A stretch of 64,000 nt of DNA from Frankiales bacterium (GTDB taxonomy: Bacteria > Actinomycetota > Actinomycetes > Mycobacteriales > SCTD01): positions 44,507 to 108,506 of the forward strand of contig JAODNA010000049.1 in the NCBI GenBank assembly GCA_025465135.1, in the 5' to 3' direction. Under the pieces are notes generated by a model. It did no database searches and was not told where the DNA came from. It worked only from the letters and a program-made list of their open reading frames with translations. Positions 8,832-17,335 of the stretch are shown in pieces (the first letter of the stretch is position 1; every line of letters starts with the position of its first letter). Both the position numbers and the translations under genes were made by a program.

Positions 8832-9659
8832 GTGAGCCGACGTCCCTCGCGCTGGCGCGGCTGGCTCGTCTTCATCGGCCTGCTGTTCCCGGTGACTGCC
8901 GCAGCTGCCTGGTTCATCCTCACCAGCGGCGCACCCGGCGCACAGCGACCCGTGGGCTGCACGGTGGCAGCGGGTGCCGGGCACTACTCCCTCGAGCTGC
9001 CGCAAGCGGCGAACGCGGCCACGATTGCGGCAGTGGCGGCTCACTTGGGCTTGAGCGACCACGCGGTCAGCATCGCCCTGGCCACCGCGTTGCAGGAGAG
9101 CAAGCTGCACAACCTCCCTTACGGGGACCGCGACTCGGTCGGGCTCTTCCAGCAGCGGCCGTCGCAAGGCTGGGGTCCCCGCGAAAGGCTGCTCGAACCG
9201 CATTACGCGGCGTCGACGTTCTTCGCACACCTGGCGCAGGTCCCCGGATGGCAGACGATGCCCGTGGCGACCGCCGCCCAGGCTGTCCAGCGAAGCGCTG
9301 CCGGGTCGGCGTACGCCGACTGGGAGCCGGAAGCGCGCGCGATCGCCCAAGCTCTGACCGGCGAGGTGCCGCGGGGCATCGCCTGCGCCTTCGGTCACAC
9401 CGGCAGCTCGGTGCAGGGTCTGACGTCGGCGCTCGCCAGCGACCTCGGGCCACGCGCCACCGGCGTGCCCGCCTCCAGCAAGCAGCGTTGGCGGGTCGCC
9501 AGCTGGCTCGTCGCGCAAGCCGCGCAGTACGACGTGGTGACCGTGAGGTGCGGTGGCTGGCAGTGGACCCGGGCGTCCGGGGCGTGGAGTCTCAAGCCGG
9601 CTCGCTCGCCGCGCCCGATCGTGTCCTACGCCGTCGGAGCCCCAGCAGCCACGTCGTAA
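8832..9659 (+). CDS. Conserved membrane-anchored hypothetical protein (GLFQQRPSQGWG motif)
   Basis: Lies in ORF 8661..9659. The in-frame GTG at 8832 gives VSRRPSRWRGWLVFIGLLFPVTAAAAWFIL (TM). The motif is LHNLPYGDRDSVGLFQQRPSQGWG. No function can be assigned from sequence alone. Confidence 0.75.
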   Translation: MSRRPSRWRGWLVFIGLLFPVTAAAAWFILTSGAPGAQRPVGCTVAAGAGHYSLELPQAANAATIAAVAAHLGLSDHAVSIALATALQESKLHNLPYGDRDSVGLFQQRPSQGWGPRERLLEPHYAASTFFAHLAQVPGWQTMPVATAAQAVQRSAAGSAYADWEPEARAIAQALTGEVPRGIACAFGHTGSSVQGLTSALASDLGPRATGVPASSKQRWRVASWLVAQAAQYDVVTVRCGGWQWTRASGAWSLKPARSPRPIVSYAVGAPAATS

Positions 9660-10008
9660 GCGGTCTCAGAAGAGTCGGTAGCTGTCGAGGCTGATGGAGT
9701 TGCCTCCCGCGGTGCAGGCCGCGACGGTGAGCACCCCCCACGCCGCTGCGAGCAGCCGAGTCCGATCGCGCACGAGCGGACTTTGCCAGATTGCGGAGCC
9801 CAAGTGGGGGTCGTAGCGACATGAATCGAACCTGAGTGAGACAGCGGTTCGCCGAACCGAACGCCGCCGCGCGGACTCTCCTGTAGGGAGCGGGGCGCCC
9901 GCGGCAGAGCGCGCTGAGCGAGGTGGGCCGGGAACCTGGAGGCGAGGGCGTCGTTCTTCCCAGTAGGTCGAAAGGGCGCCAACAACGGCGGCGAGGGAAG
10001 TAGGTGCG

Positions 10009-11085
10009 GTGGATCGCGGTCCTGACCGGGCATATCGCGGTCTGGCGTGGACCGGCGAGCGGGCGCTGCCCTGGGGTGAGGACCTTCAGGTCCTTTACGA
10101 GCACTACCACCGCTACCTCCTGGTCCGGGCGTGGGTGACCGACCGGGACGTCCTCGACCTGGGTTGCGGTGAGGGCTACGGCGCTGACCTGCTCGCTGCG
10201 AACGCTCGATCGGTTGTCGGGATCGACATCGCCGACGAGGCCGTTCAGCACGCCCAGCGGCGATACGCCCGGCCGGGACTGCGCTTCGCTCAAGGGTCGA
10301 TGACCGACGCGTCTTCGGTGGACGCCGACAGCTGCGACATCGTCGTCTGCTTCGAAGCGCTCGAGCACGTCGTTGAGCATCAGGAGCTGCTGGCCGTCGT
10401 ACGCAAGGCACTGCGGCCCGGCGGCCTGTTCGTCACGTCGACACCGGAACGGGTGGCCTACAACGACGACCGGTCGGGCGGCGAGAACCCGTTTCATCTT
10501 CGAGAGCTCGACCGGGGGGAGTTCGCTGACCTGCTCGGCGGGGCGTTCATCAACTACGCACTGCTGGACCAGCAGATCGCCGTCGGGTCCCTGGTCACAT
10601 CCGCCAGCGCGAGCCCCGACCACTCGGCGACGGTGGCACTCCTGCGCCAAGGCGACGGATGGGTAGGCGCGGAGCTACCGCCGGCGACCTACCTACTAGG
10701 CGTGGCGTCCGACGAGCCGCTGCCGTCCTTGCCCTCGGTGTCGGTGCTCGTAGACCCGCAGATCGAGCTCGTCCGTGACGCGCAGCGACGGATGTACGAC
10801 GCGATGGACCAGGCAGCCCAGCTCCGCGACCAGCTCGCGACCGCACGAGCAGCAGCGGACCGGCGGACGGCCGACTCCATGGCGAACGCCGATGTCCTTC
10901 GCGGGGAGACCGCCCGACTAGGCCAGGAGCTGGTCGCGACACGCGAGCGGCTGCGCGATGCGGATCAGCGGGCAGCTGACCTGCGCGTGCGGGTGGACTA
11001 CCTGGAGTCCTCGCGTGCCTACCGGGTCTACCGCGCGTTGCGTGCCGCCTATGCCGCAGCCCGCTCGGCGGGCACGGCCGGCTGA
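10009..11085 (+). CDS. Class I SAM-dependent methyltransferase with about 100-aa C-terminal coiled-coil
   Basis: The SAM motif is VLDLGCGEGYGADLL, followed by IVVCFEALEHV and LRPGGLFVTSTP. The C-terminus is heptad-like and R/A/D/Q-rich (QLRDQLATARAAADRR...LRDADQRAADLRVRVDYLESSRAYRVYRAL). The RBS GAGGGAAG lies 8 nt before GTG 10009. Confidence 0.85.
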   Translation: MDRGPDRAYRGLAWTGERALPWGEDLQVLYEHYHRYLLVRAWVTDRDVLDLGCGEGYGADLLAANARSVVGIDIADEAVQHAQRRYARPGLRFAQGSMTDASSVDADSCDIVVCFEALEHVVEHQELLAVVRKALRPGGLFVTSTPERVAYNDDRSGGENPFHLRELDRGEFADLLGGAFINYALLDQQIAVGSLVTSASASPDHSATVALLRQGDGWVGAELPPATYLLGVASDEPLPSLPSVSVLVDPQIELVRDAQRRMYDAMDQAAQLRDQLATARAAADRRTADSMANADVLRGETARLGQELVATRERLRDADQRAADLRVRVDYLESSRAYRVYRALRAAYAAARSAGTAG

Positions 11086-12251
11086 GTCCCCGGGCCGCCC
11101 CTCGGCCGAGCCCGCGCGGGGGCGATCCGGTCCGCCAGCCGTAGTGCGGGGCGCTCGATGAGGAACCAGCTCGCGGCGGCTGCAGGGACGGAGACCGCGA
11201 GCAGCACGAACACGTCCACCGCGAACCCGAGACTGCCGCGAGCACCAGTGAAAACACCGTAGAGCTGTAGGTCCCGTTGAAGGAGGAAGTGCCACAGGTA
11301 GATCCCGAAGGAAATGACCCCGAGCGGCGCCAGCGCGCGGACAACCGGGCCATGGCGCCGTCCGGAGGTCAGCCACGCCAGAAGAAGTGCCCCCGCCAGG
11401 GCCCGAAGCAGCCGGCGACCATCCTGCACCGGCAGTGCGGGGACGGCGTCGAGTGCCAGCATCGCCACCGTCAGTGCGCCGACAGAGAGCGCTAGGAGCC
11501 GCGGGCGCGCGAAATCGGCCAGCACGACCGGAAGTCGGGGCCACGCGGCTGCGGCCTCGGGAGTCCGAGCCACAGCCAGGAGCATGCCGGGCACGAACAG
11601 GCACATCGTCGCGGGTACGGACAGCCTCAGGGGGCGCGACCAGACGCTGTGGTGCTCATCTCCGACTCCTGCCGCCAGCACGGCGAACGTGACCGACACA
11701 ATCGCAACCGCGATGAGCGCCCCGACAACGCGCTCCGGCGACAACGGCGTGCTCCCCCGGCGTCTCCGAACCACCACGCAGGTCAGTGGCATGAAGACGT
11801 AGAAGACGATCTCGCAGTGCAGGGTCCAGGCGACCCCGAGGCCGTGTGCGAGTTGCCCTGGGAAGGGGTTCTGCAGCAAGAGGATGTGCAGGGTCCACAT
11901 CCACCACGGCCACGGCACGTAAGGAGCAGCTGTGATCGCCGCGAGAGCGACCCAGTACGCCGGCAAGACGCGCAGCGCACGACGTACGCCGTAGCGACGC
12001 AGGTCCGGCAACGGGCCGCCGTCAAGGAGCCGACGCAGGAACGGGCCGGCGACCAGGTAGCCGGACAAGGCGAAGAAGATGTCCACCCCGATGTCGAGGT
12101 TGGCCCACAGCAGGTAGAGCACCGCGCCGGGCCAGCCCGGCGTCGGGTGTGGTCGGCCGACGGGGAACAGGCCGCTGTGGATCGCGAGCACGGACAGTGC
12201 GGCGACGGCGCGGAGGGCATCGATCCCCGGATCGCGGGCGAGCTTGGTCAC
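11049..12251 (-). CDS. Acyltransferase-3 family membrane O-acyltransferase
   Basis: IDALRAVAALSVLAIHS is the typical acyltransferase_3 N-terminal motif, followed by about 10 hydrophobic segments. GTG 12251 forms a GTGA overlap with the stop of the upstream GT gene; the longest ORF runs to 12362. Confidence 0.85.
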   Translation of the reverse strand: MTKLARDPGIDALRAVAALSVLAIHSGLFPVGRPHPTPGWPGAVLYLLWANLDIGVDIFFALSGYLVAGPFLRRLLDGGPLPDLRRYGVRRALRVLPAYWVALAAITAAPYVPWPWWMWTLHILLLQNPFPGQLAHGLGVAWTLHCEIVFYVFMPLTCVVVRRRRGSTPLSPERVVGALIAVAIVSVTFAVLAAGVGDEHHSVWSRPLRLSVPATMCLFVPGMLLAVARTPEAAAAWPRLPVVLADFARPRLLALSVGALTVAMLALDAVPALPVQDGRRLLRALAGALLLAWLTSGRRHGPVVRALAPLGVISFGIYLWHFLLQRDLQLYGVFTGARGSLGFAVDVFVLLAVSVPAAAASWFLIERPALRLADRIAPARARPRGGPGTQPAVPAERAAA

Positions 12252-14233
12252 CCGCTGAGTACGCCGAGGCGGAGCAGTGCGTCCTCGAGCGCCTGCTTCG
12301 CGGCATCGGGCGACAACCGCCCGGCGATGTGCTCGGCACCGGCGGAAGACAGTCGACGCCAAAGCTCGTCGTCCGCGAGCAGACGTAAGACGCCCTCGGC
12401 AGTGGAGGCCGCGCTGTCCGCGACGAGCAGGTGAGTTGCATCTACGAGGTCCATTCCCTCGGCACCGACGGAGGTGGTGACTACGGGAAGGCCTCGCCGC
12501 AGGGCGTCACCAACCTTGCCCTTGACCCCTGCGCCGAAGCGCAACGGCGCGACGAGCACCCGGCTCGTGTTGTGCAGCTCCGTCAGGTCCGCGACCCAGC
12601 CGAGCACCTCCACACAAGGCCCGGCAAGCTGTTCGACGTCCGGGGGCATCCGGCTGCCTACGATGCGCAGCACCGTCCCGGGCGCCCGCTCCTGGATCAG
12701 CGGCAGGATCTTCTCGACCATGTACTGCGCACTGTCGACGTTCGGCGGGTGCTGGAAGTTGCCGACCAGGAGCAACCCGGACCGCCCGTCGGGACCGGGC
12801 GGCGGTGGCAGGGTCGGGTGGATGTTGGACACGACAGCCACGTCCAGGCCGGGGTGCTCGGCCAGCAGGAGCTGACGTTCGGGCTCGCTCACGGCGAGGG
12901 TGAGGTCCACGTCAGACGCGATCGCGAGCTCCATGGCCTTCATCGTCAACGCCAACCGCGAGATGTGGCTGGCGTCGGTGGCCTCGCCCTCACGCAACAA
13001 GCGGACGAAATGCAGGTCGACGGTGTCGTACACAAGCACGGCCTGGGGGACGAGCTGCCGGACAAGGGGCAGGAATCGGAGCGCGTTGGCCGGCCGGCTC
13101 AACACCACCGCAGCGAGCTCAGGTCCCAACTCGGCCAGCACCTGGGCCGGGTCCACCGGCCCATAGCGAACCTCGACTCCCCGCTGTTGCAGACGGTCCA
13201 GCCACGGCTGGCGAAGAACCCCGTCGACGGGCAAGAGCGTCACGACGCAGCCCAGCGCGCCGAGGATCTCCAGCAGGTGCCACATCCGTTCTGAGCCGGA
13301 GTCCTCATCGGGGGTGGGGACGCGATCGTCGACGACGAGCACCCGCGGGCCGGGGCGGCGGTCCCGGGCCCGCGTGAGCCTGGGCGGCGCCTCCGGCAGC
13401 TGCTCGGCGAGCCGCTCGGCCCATCGCTCGACGAAGACCCCATGGTTGCGTACCTGATGGGCCTTGCCGCCGCTGGTCACGTCCGTCCCGTGGCTTGCTC
13501 CCTCATGGTGGAACACCGTCGCCCGCGGTTGGTAGACGACCTTCCAACCGAGCTCTCTGGCCCGAAAGCACAGGTCGGTGTCCTCGTAGTACGCCGGAGA
13601 GAAGATGGGGTCGAAGCCGTCGAGGGCCCCCCAGACCTCGCGCCGTACGAGCAGTGCCGCCCCGGAGCAGTAGTCGACCTCGCGGACGTAGGCGTACTCC
13701 CCGACGTCTGGGCTCTCGCCCCGGCCGTAGTTCCAGCCGTGGCCGCTCTGCCAGATGATGCCCCCGGCCTCCTGCAGCCTCCGGTCTGGATACACGAGCC
13801 GGCAGCCCACGACACCGACGCGGGGGTCGGCCTCTACCGTGGCGACCAGTTCATCGAGCCAGCCGGCGGTCACTTCCGTGTCGTTGTTGAGCAGCACGAC
13901 GTACTCACCGCGGGCAAGGCCGGCGCCGGTGTTCGCACTGTGCAGGAAACCGCGGTTGGCTTCGTTGCGGTGCACGAGAAGGTGGGGAACCTGGCTGAGG
14001 ACTGCGGCGCTCTCATCGGGTGAGGCGTCGTCGATCACGATGACTTCATAAGCGAGTGCGGGCGGGTTCCGCGCTATGGACTCCAAGCAGCGCACCGTCA
14101 GCTCGAGCTGGCCATAGGCGCAGATGACGACCGAGGCAGTGGGCACCGCACACGGCGCGAGCAAGACGTCCGCCGCGCGCGCAGCGAGGGCGGGGTCCGA
14201 GGCCCCGCGCTCATAGGTCAGCATGCGGCCCAT
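12248..14233 (-). CDS. Bifunctional glycosyltransferase (N-terminal GT2 + C-terminal GT4/GT1-like)
   Basis: GT2 motifs are VVICAYGQ..., VIVIDDASPDES, LLNNDTEV and YYEDTDLCFRARELGW. The C-terminal half carries GT4-like motifs (VGNFQHPPNVDSAQY..., PLRFGAGVKGKVGDALRRGLPVVTT). The start is ATG 14233 or 14224; the longest ORF (14284) would collide with the divergent ABC gene. Confidence 0.9.
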   Translation of the reverse strand: MGRMLTYERGASDPALAARAADVLLAPCAVPTASVVICAYGQLELTVRCLESIARNPPALAYEVIVIDDASPDESAAVLSQVPHLLVHRNEANRGFLHSANTGAGLARGEYVVLLNNDTEVTAGWLDELVATVEADPRVGVVGCRLVYPDRRLQEAGGIIWQSGHGWNYGRGESPDVGEYAYVREVDYCSGAALLVRREVWGALDGFDPIFSPAYYEDTDLCFRARELGWKVVYQPRATVFHHEGASHGTDVTSGGKAHQVRNHGVFVERWAERLAEQLPEAPPRLTRARDRRPGPRVLVVDDRVPTPDEDSGSERMWHLLEILGALGCVVTLLPVDGVLRQPWLDRLQQRGVEVRYGPVDPAQVLAELGPELAAVVLSRPANALRFLPLVRQLVPQAVLVYDTVDLHFVRLLREGEATDASHISRLALTMKAMELAIASDVDLTLAVSEPERQLLLAEHPGLDVAVVSNIHPTLPPPPGPDGRSGLLLVGNFQHPPNVDSAQYMVEKILPLIQERAPGTVLRIVGSRMPPDVEQLAGPCVEVLGWVADLTELHNTSRVLVAPLRFGAGVKGKVGDALRRGLPVVTTSVGAEGMDLVDATHLLVADSAASTAEGVLRLLADDELWRRLSSAGAEHIAGRLSPDAAKQALEDALLRLGVLSG

Positions 14234-14286
14234 CGTGCTACAACCAGGGATTGGACGGCCACGGAGCCGCAGCAAGGGGGACACGG

Positions 14287-15486
14287 GTGGTCGTACGCGC
14301 TGCGGGAGTCAGCAAGCGCTTCTCCGCCTATACGCACCGTCCCACATCGATCAAGGAGCGCCTCGTACGAGGACGGCTCGAGCACGACGACTTCTGGGCC
14401 CTCCGCGACATCACGCTCGACATCGAGGCCGGACAGACTGTGGGCCTCATCGGTGCAAACGGCTCCGGCAAGAGCACCCTGCTCAAGATCCTGGCCGGCA
14501 TCCTTCGGCCCACCGCCGGCGCGGTCGACGTCACCGGGCGCACCGCCTCACTCCTCGAACTGGGGGCCGGCTTCAACGGCGAGCTGACCGGCCGCGAGAA
14601 CGTCTACCTGAACGCCGCGATGCTCGGTCTCACGCGGCGTGAGGTCGACAGCCTCTTCGACGACATTGTCGAGTTCGCCGAGCTCGGGAACTTCATCGAC
14701 GGGGCCGTCAAGCACTACTCCTCGGGCATGTACGTCCGGCTCGGTTTCGCGGTGGCTGTGCACGTCGACCCCGACGTGCTGCTCGTGGACGAAGTCCTGG
14801 CCGTGGGTGATGAGGCCTTCGCCGCGAAGTGCCTGGCAAAGATCAGCGAGTTCCAGGCTGAAGGACGGACGATTCTCGTCGTCAGCCACTCCCTCGACAT
14901 GATTCAGGCGGTCTGCGACCGCGCCGTCGTGCTCAGCGCCGGGAGAGTCATTCACGACGGCGCTGCAGACGAGGGTGTGCAGGTCCTGCGTGCAGTCCTC
15001 AGCACGGCCACCCAGAAGCGGGCTGAGGAAGCCGGCTCGGATCAGGCTTCGGTGGTCGCCTGTCTGGGAGTCGAGCTCTTCGACCGAGGCGGCCGGCCGC
15101 ACATGGAGGCCGCGGCGGGCGACGGCATAAGACTTCACGTCCGCCTGCGCCTCGAAGAGCCCCGCAGCCTCGTCGTACGAGTTGTGATCACCGGCCACTT
15201 CGACCTGCCAATGTTCGTCCTGCAGACACCGACAGCGGTCGAGCTGCCGATCGGAGAGTCTGAGGTCATCTTCACGGTGGATCAGCTGCCCCCGCTCGAA
15301 GGGACGTTCTCGCTTGCCGTCGGAGTCGAGGACGGCCGAGGCGGCAGCGTCGCGGCGGCCGCGCGCTACGAGCACCGATTACACATCCGCAGCGGACACG
15401 GGCACGGCTTGCTCGCCGTGCCCCACATCGCGGCCGTTCGCCCTGCGGGCGGAGCCGCGGTCATATCACCGAAGGCTCCCACTTAG
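14287..15486 (+). CDS. Wzt/TagH-type polysaccharide-export ABC transporter ATP-binding protein with about 150-aa C-terminal extension
   Basis: Motifs are Walker A GANGSGKSTLLK, signature YSSGMYVRLGFA and Walker B LLVDEVLAVGD. A beta-rich C-terminal tail spans residues about 250-400. GTG 14287 is preceded by AAGGGGG. No ABC-2 permease gene is adjacent. Confidence 0.9.
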   Translation: MVVRAAGVSKRFSAYTHRPTSIKERLVRGRLEHDDFWALRDITLDIEAGQTVGLIGANGSGKSTLLKILAGILRPTAGAVDVTGRTASLLELGAGFNGELTGRENVYLNAAMLGLTRREVDSLFDDIVEFAELGNFIDGAVKHYSSGMYVRLGFAVAVHVDPDVLLVDEVLAVGDEAFAAKCLAKISEFQAEGRTILVVSHSLDMIQAVCDRAVVLSAGRVIHDGAADEGVQVLRAVLSTATQKRAEEAGSDQASVVACLGVELFDRGGRPHMEAAAGDGIRLHVRLRLEEPRSLVVRVVITGHFDLPMFVLQTPTAVELPIGESEVIFTVDQLPPLEGTFSLAVGVEDGRGGSVAAAARYEHRLHIRSGHGHGLLAVPHIAAVRPAGGAAVISPKAPT

Positions 15487-15530
15487 CTTTCCGCGCCTGC
15501 CCGGGATGCGCTCGCCGTGGAGGCGCACGA

Positions 15531-15932
15531 TCACCGGACGATGATGATCATCGCGCAGACCGCCAGCGTCGCTGCGGTCAAGACCACTGCCAACTGCGTT
15601 ACCAGGGCTACAGCAGGCTCTGCGGCCCGGACTGCGTCGATGCCGCGCACGAGTCGGTCGGTCATCCCGGCGACGAAGAGCCCAGTCAGCCAGGCGAGGG
15701 CGGTCAGCGGCACGACCGCCAGGAGCACCCAGAGAGCCGCGTCCCCGGCGCCCCCGTCGGTGGCGAACGCGGTCGGGCTGATCCGGCCGCCGTGCCAGCT
15801 GATCCAGGCTCCGCGCACCGACCAGGTGAAGGCGAGCGCCGCGCACACCGCTGCCGCCCGCCCCGCTGCCCGCATGTCGAGAGTGTGACCAGCCCTTGGG
15901 CCCAGGGCAAGGGTCGCCGTGGGCTCCGGCAC
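15531..15932 (-). CDS. Small hypothetical membrane protein
   Basis: Hydrophobic segments are AAAVCAALAFTW, ALWVLLAVVPLTALAWLTGLFVAG and LAVVLTAATLAVCAMIIIV. The start is uncertain (GTG 15932 or ATG 15875). There is no recognisable domain. Confidence 0.45.
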   Translation of the reverse strand: MPEPTATLALGPRAGHTLDMRAAGRAAAVCAALAFTWSVRGAWISWHGGRISPTAFATDGGAGDAALWVLLAVVPLTALAWLTGLFVAGMTDRLVRGIDAVRAAEPAVALVTQLAVVLTAATLAVCAMIIIVR

Positions 15933-15965
15933 GTCGAGGCATGAGTCGGCCCTCGGGCAGGGTTG

Positions 15966-17303
15966 CTAGTTCTGCTCTTGGCAGTGCTGGAACGCCCACT
16001 GCGTCCGCCCGTATCTGGGGTCGATGGGCTTGGCTCTGCGCCACCTGGGAGTGAGACCGAAGATCCCTTCGATGTCGTCGAGTGCTCCGGGTCTGTCGAG
16101 GCGTACGTACTCGCCGGCGTTGCAGGTCATGCGTTGCGGTTGCGTGCTCCCTGGGTCGCAGCGGCCGACGTTGTCCAGGTCCAACCTGTCACCCGGCTTG
16201 AGGCTGTTGCAGTCATAGAAGCGGCTGCGCTGGGTGTAGACGCGCAGCGCGTCATCGCTCTCCAGAACGAGGGATGGCATCGTCGTTCCCGGCTGGATGT
16301 GAAGGTGCGACGGTGACCCCGAGTCGACGTGGCTCTGCATCGACGGCATGCGGTCGACACTCGACACGTTGGCCTTCCGGTCGATGGCCAAGTAGGAGGC
16401 AAGAACCAGGGTGTGCGGACCCTCGTCCGTGCTGCCGTAGACGAGCAGGTGAAGGGTGCCGTCTGCGTCGGTGACGTACTCCACGCCGGCGAGAACGCGC
16501 GCCTTCGGATGCTCGGCCGAGCTGAGGGGGAAGGTCAGCCGCGTCGGCGGGAGCGCGTCGGGCAGCTCGACGAGCAGACGCAGGTCGCTGATCGACACCG
16601 AGAAGCGCTCTCCGTGGTGCGTCCGGAACCAATCCGTCGTGCCGACGAGTGGTCGGCCATCGACGACCTCGACGGTGGCGACCGGACCGCTGGCGGCGCG
16701 TCGCGCATAGGCACGCTGTCCGTCGTCGTACGTCCAAGCCCTTCCTTCTGAGCCGGGCAGCGCGACGCGACGCGCAGTCGTTCCGTCGGACACCACGGTG
16801 TCGGCTTTCGCGGAGCCGAACGGTGCGAGGATGGAGCCGCCCTCGAACACGTGCAGGAACTGCGCCGGGATGGCCCCACCGGGGATGGGGACCGCACCGA
16901 GGTACGTCCCCGAGCCGCTGAAGTGTGCGAGCCGGTGCTTGCTGCTGTCGAGGAACCACCATGTGCCATCGGCGGCCGGCGCAGCCGACGCCGGCCCCGA
17001 CGGCGGCGACTTCCCGCCGTGGGCGCCGGCGAGCCCGAGCTGCGAGGGACGGCTGCCGTAGCCGATCGTCATGGCCAGCTGCCACGTGCCGAGCATCTTG
17101 CCCGCGGTCGCCAACGCGAGCGACTGCCCGGAGGACACCCAAGGGATCGCGGTGCTCCTAGCAGGAGATGCCGGCGAGGGCGACTGCGGCAACGTCGGTT
17201 GCGCGGTGACCGTGCCGCCGGTGCATGCGGGCAGCAGCACGAGAAGGATCAGTAGGTTCACGAACCTGGTCGGCCGCACGGCGCCGACTGTCGCAGGTCT
17301 CAT
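15966..17303 (-). CDS. Lipoprotein, third gene of ECF cassette 1
   Basis: Lies in ORF 15966..17543. ATG 17303 gives MRPATVGAVRPTRFVNLLILLVLLPAC with the lipobox LLPAC. It lies 32 nt downstream of partner P1. The C-terminus is Cys-containing and the domain is unknown. Confidence 0.8.
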   Translation of the reverse strand: MRPATVGAVRPTRFVNLLILLVLLPACTGGTVTAQPTLPQSPSPASPARSTAIPWVSSGQSLALATAGKMLGTWQLAMTIGYGSRPSQLGLAGAHGGKSPPSGPASAAPAADGTWWFLDSSKHRLAHFSGSGTYLGAVPIPGGAIPAQFLHVFEGGSILAPFGSAKADTVVSDGTTARRVALPGSEGRAWTYDDGQRAYARRAASGPVATVEVVDGRPLVGTTDWFRTHHGERFSVSISDLRLLVELPDALPPTRLTFPLSSAEHPKARVLAGVEYVTDADGTLHLLVYGSTDEGPHTLVLASYLAIDRKANVSSVDRMPSMQSHVDSGSPSHLHIQPGTTMPSLVLESDDALRVYTQRSRFYDCNSLKPGDRLDLDNVGRCDPGSTQPQRMTCNAGEYVRLDRPGALDDIEGIFGLTPRWRRAKPIDPRYGRTQWAFQHCQEQN

Positions 17304-17335
17304 GCCGCTTTGCCGTCTCGCGTCGCCTTGCTGCG

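Noticed and set aside
9815-9835. tRNA T-arm-like sequence GGTTCGATTC on the minus strand
   Set aside because: The flanking sequence does not pair into a T-stem (3 of 5 positions only). No acceptor, D or anticodon arms could be drawn, and it does not match the tRNA-Asn T-arm (GGTTCAAGTCC). It is kept only as a remark inside the 9660-10008 finding.
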